Part shown: positions 38,201 to 46,605 of the stretch, piece by piece
How positions within the stretch are numbered: the stretch's first letter is position 1
Layout: every line of letters starts with the position of its first letter
NCBI GenBank assembly: GCA_013153515.1
Contig: JAADEI010000110.1
Span: 13 to 64,012, forward strand
DNA from: Chlorobiota bacterium
Lineage (GTDB): Bacteria > Bacteroidota > Bacteroidia > JAADEI01
Reading direction: 5' to 3'
DNA length: 64,000 nucleotides
Position numbers and translations under genes: made by a program
The notes under the pieces: generated by a model
Seen by the model: the letters and a program-made list of their open reading frames with translations, nothing else
The model's database searches: none
Told to the model about the DNA's origin: nothing

Positions 38201-38996
38201 CTCCTCTTCAGTGGATGCATATGCCTATGACAATACGAAAATAGCAGATTCAATTATTGTTAAAGACTCGGTTCCAGATGTTGACTTGCCACTCTTTATC
38301 GATGTGTGCTCAAAAGACCTCCCTGTTGTCTTAGATGTGTCGCTACCCCCAGAATTCTTACCTGCTACATATACGTGGAACACAGGAGACACAACACCCA
38401 TAATAGTAATAAATAGTCCTTCCTTCGTGGAAGTGGAAATAGCCTATGGTAATGGATGCATTATTAGAGAATCCTCCTACATAACAGTCAACCCCACACC
38501 ATCAGTTGTGATTAATGCTCCACCAGTGATGGTAAAGGACAGTATATATGAAGTTTCCGCAACTGCCTCAGGAGGCTCTCATCGATCCTATCAATGGTTC
38601 TGGCAGGGACAGCTAATTGACACTACCCCCACTATCCAAATTAAGCCAACACAATTAGGCTCAGATACATTAATCCTTATAGTTGCTAATGAGTTTGGGT
38701 GCCTAGACACAACCTATCATGTTCTCAACATTGTCCTATCAACTTCCACTGTCCAGCAATTGCCCATTAGAATCTGGCAGGGTGGTACTAACATGCTTAT
38801 CATTCAAACGACAAAAGTGATTGAAAAAATAACTGTTTCGGATATGAGAGGCAAAGTCCTTTGGAAAACATATCTTAGTAAGACAGGAACATTTTCTGTT
38901 GACTTGCCTAACCTGCCCAATGGAGTCTATTTGATTAGTTTGACCACATTAAATAAGAACACTATTACGACAAAGTTAGCAATTTCCTCAAATTAA
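35226..38996 (+). CDS. large secreted T9SS cargo protein with internal tandem repeats (1256 aa)
   Basis: Signal peptide. Two roughly 230-aa tandem repeat units, each ending in an HTGSYG...EAWD..GDGW...NGGQSPDNG.CCG.EIEVSETF module. C-terminal T9SS sorting domain. SD-like AAAGGAGG precedes the ATG. Confidence 0.75.
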   Translation: MRFYSKSSVMRGMGIALLLAWTTLNIQSQTVYFAETFTTVIPGTIPPGWQLRDGGIIDLQPPLQPDSTWTIITDFNGNNLGQGKFLFIQGNPTIGQKDTLETPSITILPGSLRGDLYLGILTFYNYNQDDTGYVQVWDANSSSWVTTRIYTGSSFGSWANPLWDTINITQYASTQLKVRFIWHEQGNLFWAIDSVIVFSVCAPVTTVYASWISVGDVVVSYSPSSYDSVKVEYGHSGFSLGTGTVVTFVPGISPDTITGLNPSNDYDFYVWGYCGSDASIDTAFTSLCALASLPYSETFNNATNFNRCWDVDGVAYIDNATATCGSVSGSFLTLWGDAQTYVESPSIDVGTTGGFVISYYYRGGNGSCGDRPEAGDKIAIQYWDGSTWQDIVVYDGADAPIQWARQELAVCLPAGVSITRIRIKVLSGGGPTLDSWHFDNLNLTPLPAQPEVNIIDIERIANTNCGVGTNDTIKVSIVNFSQEPVDTLVIGYRVGTTYYIDTISYVASGGFGACPNVSAVGVIDLPFSITGSGLYELRIFAHDLNNDLSPADTISFYVMVGERWLYADIHTGSYGSDVFWKLYYSPTNYLVASSSPGTYASNSTYTEAFCVIDGSYRFEAWDRTGDGWTNGGYDIYMLTVCGDTVLLADNGGQSPDNGSCCGEEIEVSETFTVFNPELNNPDIEAVALLSPDTFYLCGEALQDSIWLVIRNTTYLIIDTVYIGFNDGINSSSAIIDYGSVGGMQPCQTDTVYVGYTYVPNGTGTLQVWARAKNDASPTNDVIVKPYTISDRWVFVEINTGSYGNEVFWKVYHMPYNTLVASSSPGTYTDNSIYVDSFCVFDGDTYRFEAWDSYGDGWSGGTYSVYTVACVNDTLVFINNNGQSPDNGTCCGQEIEVSETFVINMSNVSFREFIEPNPYAANCVGKPVELSFILVNFTDAIQTADVNLLLRPISAPAPKDTTLLGLSLNVCHDTITINLHDVFNGTYEVVGTVSSSVDAYAYDNTKIADSIIVKDSVPDVDLPLFIDVCSKDLPVVLDVSLPPEFLPATYTWNTGDTTPIIVINSPSFVEVEIAYGNGCIIRESSYITVNPTPSVVINAPPVMVKDSIYEVSATASGGSHRSYQWFWQGQLIDTTPTIQIKPTQLGSDTLILIVANEFGCLDTTYHVLNIVLSTSTVQQLPIRIWQGGTNMLIIQTTKVIEKITVSDMRGKVLWKTYLSKTGTFSVDLPNLPNGVYLISLTTLNKNTITTKLAISSN
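36907..37260 (+). repeat. intragenic tandem repeat unit 1 (EAWD-GDGW module) within the 1256-aa gene
   Basis: About 118 aa, roughly 60% identical to the unit at 37591-37930. DNA is about 65% identical. Confidence 0.6.
37591..37930 (+). repeat. intragenic tandem repeat unit 2 (EAWD-GDGW module)
   Basis: See unit 1. Confidence 0.6.
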
Positions 38997-39052
38997 TCAT
39001 TTGGGAGTTTGAATAAAATGTTGTAAATTTGTAAACATTAAATCCAGCAGGC

Positions 39053-40072
39053 ATGAGGAACACAATTACCTTGGCGGGGGCGCTACTCATCGCATCGCAC
39101 ATGAATGCCCAGCAAATAGGAATCGGGACCACTACACCTCATCCCAGCGCAGCTCTTGAAATCAATTCAGCCAATCAAGGCATTCTGATTCCAAGGGTTG
39201 CCCTCCAAGGCCCCAAAGATTCCCTGACAATACCTTCCCCAGCAGTGTCCCTACTTGTTTATAATACAGGGACTCCAGGTTTAGAAGCAGGATACTACTA
39301 TTGGAACGGTAACACCTGGAACAAACTAGTTACATATGCCGGAGGAAGTGGTAGCATGCCATCAGATAGCGATTGGGTAATCTCAGGACAACACATGTAT
39401 AGCTCTTTATCCGGAAACGTAGGTATCGGTACTACAAACCCAGTGTTCAAACTTGATGTGAATGGGCAAGGCCGTTTCGTCGGCAAACTAACAATTGGTA
39501 ACTACACTTTGCCTAATGTGGACGGTCCGGCGGGAACAGTGCTTACCACAGACGGAAACGGCGTCGTCACCTGGCAGGAAGCTCAAATAAATGCTCAAGC
39601 CCCCCTTGTTGGCGTCGGCACATCAACCAACCCTCTCAGAATTCAAAATGGAACCTCTAATGGAGATGTTTTAATGTGGAATGGTTCTAATTGGATTATC
39701 ACCAAACCAGGTCCCGCCTCAGGATTGACACCACTTTGCGGGAGCCCAGCAGTTAACTACGTCCAAAAATGGACAGGCAATAGCGTTTGCAATAGCCAGA
39801 TCTATGATAACGGAACAAATATAGGTATCGGCACGGCAACCCCAGCACAAAAATTGCATGTTGCGGGAAATGTTAGAGTAGATGGCAACCTTTACGTCTA
39901 TGGTCCCACACAACTATCACCGGCTATCGGTCCAGGGGGATGGAATAGCTTTGACTGGCAACAAACATCAATGTGTCCAAACAATATGGTAGCAGTAGGA
40001 TTGGTATTGCGATTTGACAGGATAGGTAACGGGGATAAGGACTACCACAAGTTTAGGTTGGTTTGTAGATAA
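39053..40072 (+). CDS. tail-fiber-domain-like secreted protein (339 aa)
   Basis: Signal peptide. Recurring (I/V)GIGTT.P..KL.V.G motifs (GIGTTTPHPSAALEINS, VGIGTTNPVFKLDVNG, IGIGTATPAQKLHVAG) of the kind seen in proteins annotated as tail fiber domain proteins in Bacteroidota. Confidence 0.5.
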   Translation: MRNTITLAGALLIASHMNAQQIGIGTTTPHPSAALEINSANQGILIPRVALQGPKDSLTIPSPAVSLLVYNTGTPGLEAGYYYWNGNTWNKLVTYAGGSGSMPSDSDWVISGQHMYSSLSGNVGIGTTNPVFKLDVNGQGRFVGKLTIGNYTLPNVDGPAGTVLTTDGNGVVTWQEAQINAQAPLVGVGTSTNPLRIQNGTSNGDVLMWNGSNWIITKPGPASGLTPLCGSPAVNYVQKWTGNSVCNSQIYDNGTNIGIGTATPAQKLHVAGNVRVDGNLYVYGPTQLSPAIGPGGWNSFDWQQTSMCPNNMVAVGLVLRFDRIGNGDKDYHKFRLVCR

Positions 40073-40107
40073 AAAATAGGTTTCACAGGGAATTCTTTGA
40101 AAATATT

Positions 40108-40638
40108 TTACCAATTCGGCTTGGGATGTCCATCTTCCCCCAATACATAGAACTGAGTGTCCCCGCCAGTTATCATCTTCGTTATAAAGACTATTTGCCC
40201 TGTGTGGTAAGCAAAGTGTTCAATTGCATGATATATGGCTTCCAAACCTGTTACCTCAAAGCCCTGCACTTGCAGATGTTCGCAAAGAATGTTTTCGTCA
40301 AGGCTTTCCAGTGTTTTAATCGCTTCTGAGATGGTTTCATCAATGGCATTCCACAGGTCCTCAAGAGATTCTTCTGTGTTGAGGAATTCCTTTTCCCTTT
40401 CCCTGTGGAACGGCACATTCCCAAGGGCAGACACCACCCACTGACGCAAGTTCCCACGCAAATGTTTCAATAGCACGCCTATTGAATTAACATTTTCAGA
40501 AGGACCCCACCAAAGTCTGTCTTCAGGAAGCAAATCAAGAACCCTTTTTAACCATGAGCGATATTGCCTTAGCAATTCAGCAGACCGAATAAGGAAAAGT
40601 TTCCTGCCAGAGCATTTTTCCGTCGTCATTTTTCCCAT
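40108..40638 (-). CDS. DinB/DUF1572-family protein
   Basis: Four-helix-bundle DinB-like signature (IYHAIEHFAYHTGQI). Confidence 0.6.
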   Translation of the reverse strand: MGKMTTEKCSGRKLFLIRSAELLRQYRSWLKRVLDLLPEDRLWWGPSENVNSIGVLLKHLRGNLRQWVVSALGNVPFHREREKEFLNTEESLEDLWNAIDETISEAIKTLESLDENILCEHLQVQGFEVTGLEAIYHAIEHFAYHTGQIVFITKMITGGDTQFYVLGEDGHPKPNW

Positions 40639-40665
40639 TGTTTGCTTTGTAGCAAATATAGTTTT

Positions 40666-40820
40666 TAGGTCACAGAGTCACCTGAGTTAAAACAGAGTTC
40701 CACAGAGTTTTTTAGTCTATTGCCACTTTTAATACTCTGTGTCCACTGTGCGATACACTGTGTCCTCCGTGGTTTAAGAAACTGTACCCCCTGCGTTTTA
40801 CTCTGCGTCCACCGTGGTTG
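40666..40820. repeat. intergenic repeat element copy 2 (related to 30698-30888)
   Basis: ggtCACAGAGTcacc...gagttaaaacagagttccacagagtttttt...actctgtgtcc, cactgtgtcc and ctctgcgtcc units. Imperfect terminal inverted repeat. The 3' end overlaps the last 6 codons and stop of the 40798..43701 gene. Confidence 0.55.
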
Positions 40821-43701
40821 GTTCTCTTTCAAGTGCTTGATAGATAAGACAATGAACGTTCGTCCTGATGCTTAGTTGGTTAAAAAGTCCATTTTCCATG
40901 GATGGGTATGTCCTGTTTGCAAGCAATACGTATATGATCTGATTTTCCGGGTCTGCCCACACAGCCGTTCCAGTGAATCCAAGATGACCGAAAGTGGATT
41001 TGGGCACTTCAGTGCACGTGGGCGACCGCTTCGGATTCTTAAAATCTGGCTTATCAAACCCTATGCCCCGCCTGTATTTAGCAGTTGCTTTGCTTGTGAA
41101 TTCCTTTATTGTTTCAGATTTAAGAAAAGTTTTGCCAGCATAAGAACCACCATTGATAAGCATTTGCATTAGTTCCGCCAATGGATATGGAGTGGCAAAT
41201 AATCCAGCGTGTCCGGCAACACCGCCCATCAAAGCAGCACCCGGATCGTGAACTTTTCCCCAGATGATCTCATTCCTGAAATATGTGTCCACCTCAGTGG
41301 GAGCAATCCGGATTTTAGGATATTTTTCCAGCGGGTTGTAGGTTATATCCCTTAAACCCATTGGATAGTAAAACGTTTTGTATACAAAGGAATCAAGTGT
41401 TGTGTGAGTCGTTTTTTCAATTATTCTTTGCAAAATGTAGAATCCCAAATCGCTATATCTGTACTTCCCACGTCGTCGCAAAGGTTCTTGCATAATCCAG
41501 TTCCACACTGAATCCTTGATGTCCACCGAGGCAACCAGCGTGCCACTAATCGGAACGCAAAAGAACGAATCCGCTTCTTCTGAACTGCATAAATACATTT
41601 CCAGAGAATCAGGAGTTATTTTCTTGAAAAATGGAATCCATGCTTTCAAGCCCGCCGTGTGAGTTAAAATCTCTCTTATCGTTATGTCACCTATTTCACT
41701 GTCTTTTAGTTCGGGAAGATACCACTTGATTGGAACATCAAGCCTTAGTTTGCCTTCGTCAACCAGTTTCATTACAACGAGTGTAGTGGCGGCAATCTTT
41801 GTTATTGATGCAAGGTCGTAAAGAGTGTTGTGTGAAACAGGAATCAGGCTATCATAAGTTAAGTAGCCATACGCTTTGTCATACACAATCAGATTGTTTT
41901 TAACGACGAGTAGGCGAGCCCCCGGCATAGCACCCTGCCTGATGCCCAAATTAATAAATGCATCAATGCTATCAAAAACCCTTCTGTTAAACCCCACTTC
42001 TTCAAGGAGACCAAATCCCAGCCTTACAGGATGCTTTTTTATGCCATGTCCAACCTTCCACTTGCCCACTTCAAATGGCAACACGCCATAGAATCCCCGA
42101 GACCCAAACAAGGCTTGAATGGATATGTCCTGATAGTCCCTGTCCTGTTGATAGGAAACAACTATCGCAGGAGCATCTTTAACAAACGGTATGAAATAAG
42201 GGCTTGTGAAAAGAACTGTCCCGCCGGAAATTTTCGCTAATTCACCGAGTTTATTGATTTGCAAGGAGTCCAAGCCAAAGTTTCGTTTGGCATTTAGCGA
42301 AGGAGGAAAGAGAAGAAGCCAAGTGTTCCTGTCAACGTCTTTTATAGCAGGCAAATCATCCCATCGGTAAATTTTTATGTTTTCTTGATTATAGAGCCTA
42401 AGCGTCTTAATGGCTTGCATAGGCAAACCGTTGGTAATAATAATCCATTTATATTGTTTGGCAGGAGAGAGAGGCAATGCTTTTAAGGAATCTTTAACAA
42501 GGGTTTGAGCGTGGGAAATAGCCTTCCTGACTAAGGCTTTCCACTTTAGTGAACCAAACGCTTTCTTTATTGAATCAAGAGACGCAGGAGTGAACCGATT
42601 GGCTTGTTTCCATGATATAACTTCTGAGAGCCGAGCATCAATAACTTTTTCAGAGAGATTGCCTTTCTGAACAACCTGTTCAATGTGTGAGACCATAGCA
42701 TCCACATTAGGCGGAAACAGAAGAATTGTTGCCCCCGCCTTCAAGGCTAACTCACCTGTTGCAGCACCCCACCCTTCCACCGCTTTCATATTCAGTGCAT
42801 CTGTGAACACAATTCCTTTATACCCCATTTGCTTCCTTAAAATTCGCCATATTGCCACCGGAGAAAGGGAGGCGGGAAATTTAGTTATCCCAAGGGATGG
42901 GACAATAATGTGAGCAACCATCACACCGGGAGAATACTTAAGCAATTTTTTATACGGCAACAAATGAATCTGTTCCATTTCAGTGGCGGAAGCGGTTACC
43001 ACAGGAAGAAAAACATGGGAATCCTGATGCGTGTCGCCGTGCCCGGGAAAATGCTTTAATGTGAAAGATATTCCTGCTTGCTTCATCCCTTGCATGAAAG
43101 CAAAAGCCTGTCTAACAACCCGATTCGGGTCTGAACTGAACGCCCGCCAATGAATGACCGGATTCTCTGGATTAGTGTTCACGTCAACAACAGGAGCGAA
43201 ATTCCAGCCAATCCCCATCATTCTGACCTGCAAGCCTGTCCAATAACCCAGTTCCCTGACTATGGAAGTGTCTTGAATGGCACCGAGAGTCATAGCATAG
43301 GGAATGGAAGGACCATCTTTAAATCGCATTGATAAGCCCCATTCGGCATCAATAGCAACCATTAAAGGATAACGAGCATATTTCCTTATTGTGTCCAAGG
43401 CATGATAAGCCTGTTCAACAGTTCCCTGCATAACAATCACACCGCCAATGTTATAATCCCTAATCAGACGCCCCACTTTCTTCCAATGAGTGGGACCACG
43501 CCGTGGATAGAGAGGAACCATTATTAGTTGACCTATCTTTTCCCGCAGGGTCCAAGAGGGAATTTCCTGCCCGTGAGACACATTGTTCCAAAATATCGTT
43601 AATATAACCAGAAGGCTAAAAATCTTCATCATGCTTTTTGATTTAGGTAAACGCAGGGAACGCCAATTCAGGTTTTCCACTGAGAGACCAGCATCCGGCA
43701 A
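40798..43701 (-). CDS. bifunctional GH3 beta-N-acetylhexosaminidase (NagZ-like) / serine beta-lactamase-fold protein
   Basis: N-half carries the GH3 motifs (KIGQLIMV, IDAEWG, KHFPGHGDT). C-half has the S-x-x-K motif (LASITK) of AmpC/PBP-fold hydrolases. Signal peptide present. Confidence 0.8.
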   Translation of the reverse strand: MPDAGLSVENLNWRSLRLPKSKSMMKIFSLLVILTIFWNNVSHGQEIPSWTLREKIGQLIMVPLYPRRGPTHWKKVGRLIRDYNIGGVIVMQGTVEQAYHALDTIRKYARYPLMVAIDAEWGLSMRFKDGPSIPYAMTLGAIQDTSIVRELGYWTGLQVRMMGIGWNFAPVVDVNTNPENPVIHWRAFSSDPNRVVRQAFAFMQGMKQAGISFTLKHFPGHGDTHQDSHVFLPVVTASATEMEQIHLLPYKKLLKYSPGVMVAHIIVPSLGITKFPASLSPVAIWRILRKQMGYKGIVFTDALNMKAVEGWGAATGELALKAGATILLFPPNVDAMVSHIEQVVQKGNLSEKVIDARLSEVISWKQANRFTPASLDSIKKAFGSLKWKALVRKAISHAQTLVKDSLKALPLSPAKQYKWIIITNGLPMQAIKTLRLYNQENIKIYRWDDLPAIKDVDRNTWLLLFPPSLNAKRNFGLDSLQINKLGELAKISGGTVLFTSPYFIPFVKDAPAIVVSYQQDRDYQDISIQALFGSRGFYGVLPFEVGKWKVGHGIKKHPVRLGFGLLEEVGFNRRVFDSIDAFINLGIRQGAMPGARLLVVKNNLIVYDKAYGYLTYDSLIPVSHNTLYDLASITKIAATTLVVMKLVDEGKLRLDVPIKWYLPELKDSEIGDITIREILTHTAGLKAWIPFFKKITPDSLEMYLCSSEEADSFFCVPISGTLVASVDIKDSVWNWIMQEPLRRRGKYRYSDLGFYILQRIIEKTTHTTLDSFVYKTFYYPMGLRDITYNPLEKYPKIRIAPTEVDTYFRNEIIWGKVHDPGAALMGGVAGHAGLFATPYPLAELMQMLINGGSYAGKTFLKSETIKEFTSKATAKYRRGIGFDKPDFKNPKRSPTCTEVPKSTFGHLGFTGTAVWADPENQIIYVLLANRTYPSMENGLFNQLSIRTNVHCLIYQALEREPTTVDAE

Positions 43702-43802
43702 ACGATTTGATTTTCATCGCCACAGGCGTTTTGGAAAGGTTAGTTGGACCCGCATAATCATTATGGCAGTTATCCTGTTGGCTCTCATAATGTTCGTCTT
43801 TT

Positions 43803-44510
43803 TCAGTGGTTAAGGTAATAAATCCCGATTGCAAGGAGTGCCCCCAAAAGCAAGATAGCCATTTGCTTCCAACCAATGTTGTGATGACTTATTTGCTCAT
43901 GAACCATCGTGCTGCCAATGTATAGCAAACTGCCCAGAGCAACAAATTCAAACCATTTGAGCAAGTGTTCCGAAACTATGTAGTATCCAAGGAATGCCCC
44001 GACAGGAGCCGTCAACAGGAAAATGAGTCCCCAGATAATGAAAGCCTGCTTCTTCCGCCTTCCAACAATGAATCCAAAGACCATAGAGGCAGGCAACCGA
44101 TGCAGGATAATAGACGAAATGATGGGATTATACCAAGTGGAGTATTCATAGAGTCGGGATATGGGCATTGCTTCCACCAAAGCGTGCATCACAAGTCCAA
44201 TCATAAAGTAAGTGCCATATTTAATCGGAACGTCCGTGATGTGTCCGTGCTCAACGCCACCAGTGAGTTGCTCAATAGTAATCTGAAGGAATATGCCGAC
44301 TAATAAGCCCCATCCAACCATCTCACTATGCCCATCATGCCATTGATGATTGAAGTGCAACACAACAGAGGCAAGGATGAAACTGCCTGCTACGGTTAAC
44401 AACGGTTCATAGAACCTGCGGAATAATGAACTGAGAAAAATACCTATTACAAGCCCAATAGCAGAAACCAAAACTATTATAGCAATAGCAATTGTGCTAT
44501 CTGTGCCCAT
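43803..44510 (-). CDS. ZIP-family metal cation transporter-like membrane protein
   Basis: Eight hydrophobic segments with His-rich motifs (HGHITD, HALVEAM, HEQISHH). Resembles ZupT-type proteins. Confidence 0.45.
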   Translation of the reverse strand: MGTDSTIAIAIIVLVSAIGLVIGIFLSSLFRRFYEPLLTVAGSFILASVVLHFNHQWHDGHSEMVGWGLLVGIFLQITIEQLTGGVEHGHITDVPIKYGTYFMIGLVMHALVEAMPISRLYEYSTWYNPIISSIILHRLPASMVFGFIVGRRKKQAFIIWGLIFLLTAPVGAFLGYYIVSEHLLKWFEFVALGSLLYIGSTMVHEQISHHNIGWKQMAILLLGALLAIGIYYLNH

Positions 44511-45075
44511 AGCCCCAATTTAAATACAAGTTTATCACATATTTTGCTATTCTGAACATGACAAAAGCAATAAGGAATCCAAGGAGGAAGCCAACCAAGA
44601 CATCTGAAAAGAAATGCACGCCTACATAAACCTGCATGATGCCTATTGAAATAGCCCATAGGTAAAGCAACACAGATGCCCACTTTGGCAGGTAGTGTGA
44701 AAGGACATAAGCCAGAGCGACGTGGTTAGTGGCATGAGCAGATGGAAACGAATATCCCGCACCACACGGGACAAGAACATGGATGTGTTGGACAAGCCAG
44801 TCCACATGGCAGGGTCTGAGCCGTTGAAACACGGGTTTTAGAACCTGAGCAGAGATGAAATCACTGACGCCAACAACAATGAGCGAGATAATGAGGGCTT
44901 CAACACCTTTCCAAATCCCATACCTACGGGAAATCCACACAAGCAGAAACACATACAACGGAATCCAAAATAACTTATGTCGCCAGAAAGGAGCAATAAA
45001 AGACAGGTCAGGCATCACTTCGTGAAAAAACATTATAGCCTTTATGTCCAAGAAATCAATGTATTTATATAACAT
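44497..45075 (-). CDS. PAP2-family phosphatase
   Basis: KxxxxxxRP (KPVFQRLRP), PSGH-like (SFPSAHA) and SR...H...D (HFFSDVLVG) motifs. Confidence 0.75.
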   Translation of the reverse strand: MLYKYIDFLDIKAIMFFHEVMPDLSFIAPFWRHKLFWIPLYVFLLVWISRRYGIWKGVEALIISLIVVGVSDFISAQVLKPVFQRLRPCHVDWLVQHIHVLVPCGAGYSFPSAHATNHVALAYVLSHYLPKWASVLLYLWAISIGIMQVYVGVHFFSDVLVGFLLGFLIAFVMFRIAKYVINLYLNWGYGHR

Positions 45076-45910
45076 CTTGCTTGATTAGAGAATTAACTGA
45101 CTTAACGAGCCATGGCAAAACCTTGGTTATGAAGGAAGGACCGTGATGGGCAATATAATCCGTTTCCACAGGAGTTATTATTATTCTGCGGTTCCTGACC
45201 GCTTCCAACTCACCAAGACCCCTTTTCTCAAACAAGGACACCACTTCTTCAACAGTCCTGTTCTTTTTGCTAAACATTTTGGGTTCGTAAATAATAATGT
45301 CAGGATTGCTTTCAATAATTTCCTTCGGTTCAGGCATTAGCCATTCAACTGGCTTGTTCCCGAATATGCTTCTTAATCCCACAAACTCAAGGGCATCGGT
45401 AATGTAACTATACATCCCGAAAGAAACCGGACCACCAAGATCTATTCCCAGATACACAGATGTGGGCTTTGCTACAGGCTCTATTGATGCAACGTGTTTT
45501 AATAAATTCTTTTGCAATGTCCGAGCATTCTGAACATATCCAGCCACTATGCCCGCTTCAGTGCAAAAACTGATTATATGTGAAATGGTTGGAGGCAATG
45601 GAATGGCATAAACCGGATATTCTTTTGCTAACTCAAGAGCCATCTGACGTTGATAGCCAGTGGTTGTAAAGATGAGGTCCGGATTTAATTCCTTGAGCAA
45701 TTTGTGTTTTATCTTATTATAACTTCCAACATGAGGTTTCTTAAATGCTTCCGGAGGATGGACACAGAACGTGCTGACACCCACAACCTTGTCGCCAAGA
45801 CCCATCTCAAACAGGGCTTCGGTTACCGCTGGACTCAGACTAACAATCCGTTGGCAATTTTCAGGCAGGTTCAGTTCAGTGCCCAGAACTTCACAGAAAA
45901 CTTTTCTCAT
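45065..45910 (-). CDS. ABC-type periplasmic substrate-binding protein, TroA/BtuF class III
   Basis: RIVSLSPAVTEALFEMGLGDKVVGVS is a BtuF/FecB-like N-lobe. No permease or ATPase gene is adjacent. Confidence 0.65.
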   Translation of the reverse strand: MRKVFCEVLGTELNLPENCQRIVSLSPAVTEALFEMGLGDKVVGVSTFCVHPPEAFKKPHVGSYNKIKHKLLKELNPDLIFTTTGYQRQMALELAKEYPVYAIPLPPTISHIISFCTEAGIVAGYVQNARTLQKNLLKHVASIEPVAKPTSVYLGIDLGGPVSFGMYSYITDALEFVGLRSIFGNKPVEWLMPEPKEIIESNPDIIIYEPKMFSKKNRTVEEVVSLFEKRGLGELEAVRNRRIIITPVETDYIAHHGPSFITKVLPWLVKSVNSLIKQDVI

Positions 45911-46605
45911 GCTTGAATAATGAATATTGTCGGGTATTTAAGCACTTGGTCAACGTTCTTATACCACCATCTGACCGGAGCAGTGTATAGGAATTCGTTT
46001 GGCGTAGTGAGAGCCTGAGCAACACAAATTTGAGTATTTGGATGGAGGGTTTTAACCATTAGCCTGAAGGTTTGTGGAGTCCTGTAGGGAGTTTCCATAA
46101 AGATTTGAGACTGGTTATACTTTCTGCTTATGGATTCTATTCTCAGGAGCCATTGCCTTATGTTGCGTTGTGGAATGTATCCGTGAACAGTGAAGTTTTG
46201 ACCGTTCAGACCGCTTCCAGCCAATGCCAGAAACACGCTACTGGGTCCAATGAGAACTTTTACCGGGAAGTCTTCTCTGTGTGCCTGCCTGACTATCGGA
46301 TAGCCCGGGTCCAGAATGGTTGGATAGCCCGCATCACTCAACAATCCAAGGGAGTGCCCTTCCCTCAAAGGAACTAAAAATGGTCTAACGTCTATATTGA
46401 AAATGTTCCTGGGCATCTGGGATATGACTATTTGCGAGCGTTGCTCAACAGGAAAAATCTGGCTCAGAAATTTCCAAGCCTGTCGCTGATTCTCAACTAC
46501 AAAATATCTCAACGACTTAACTATCTCAATCCCCTCTGGAGTTAATGAGTTTTCCACTGTTCCACCTATCGGCGTAGGGATAACATAAAGCGTTGGCTCG
46601 CTCAT
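45907..46605 (-). CDS. tetrapyrrole-methylase-fold SAM-dependent methyltransferase (RsmI/YraL-like)
   Basis: LYVIPTPIGGTVENSLTPEGIEIVKSL resembles the RsmI N-terminus (LYVVATPIGN..DIT.RA). About 230 aa. Confidence 0.55.
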   Translation of the reverse strand: MSEPTLYVIPTPIGGTVENSLTPEGIEIVKSLRYFVVENQRQAWKFLSQIFPVEQRSQIVISQMPRNIFNIDVRPFLVPLREGHSLGLLSDAGYPTILDPGYPIVRQAHREDFPVKVLIGPSSVFLALAGSGLNGQNFTVHGYIPQRNIRQWLLRIESISRKYNQSQIFMETPYRTPQTFRLMVKTLHPNTQICVAQALTTPNEFLYTAPVRWWYKNVDQVLKYPTIFIIQA

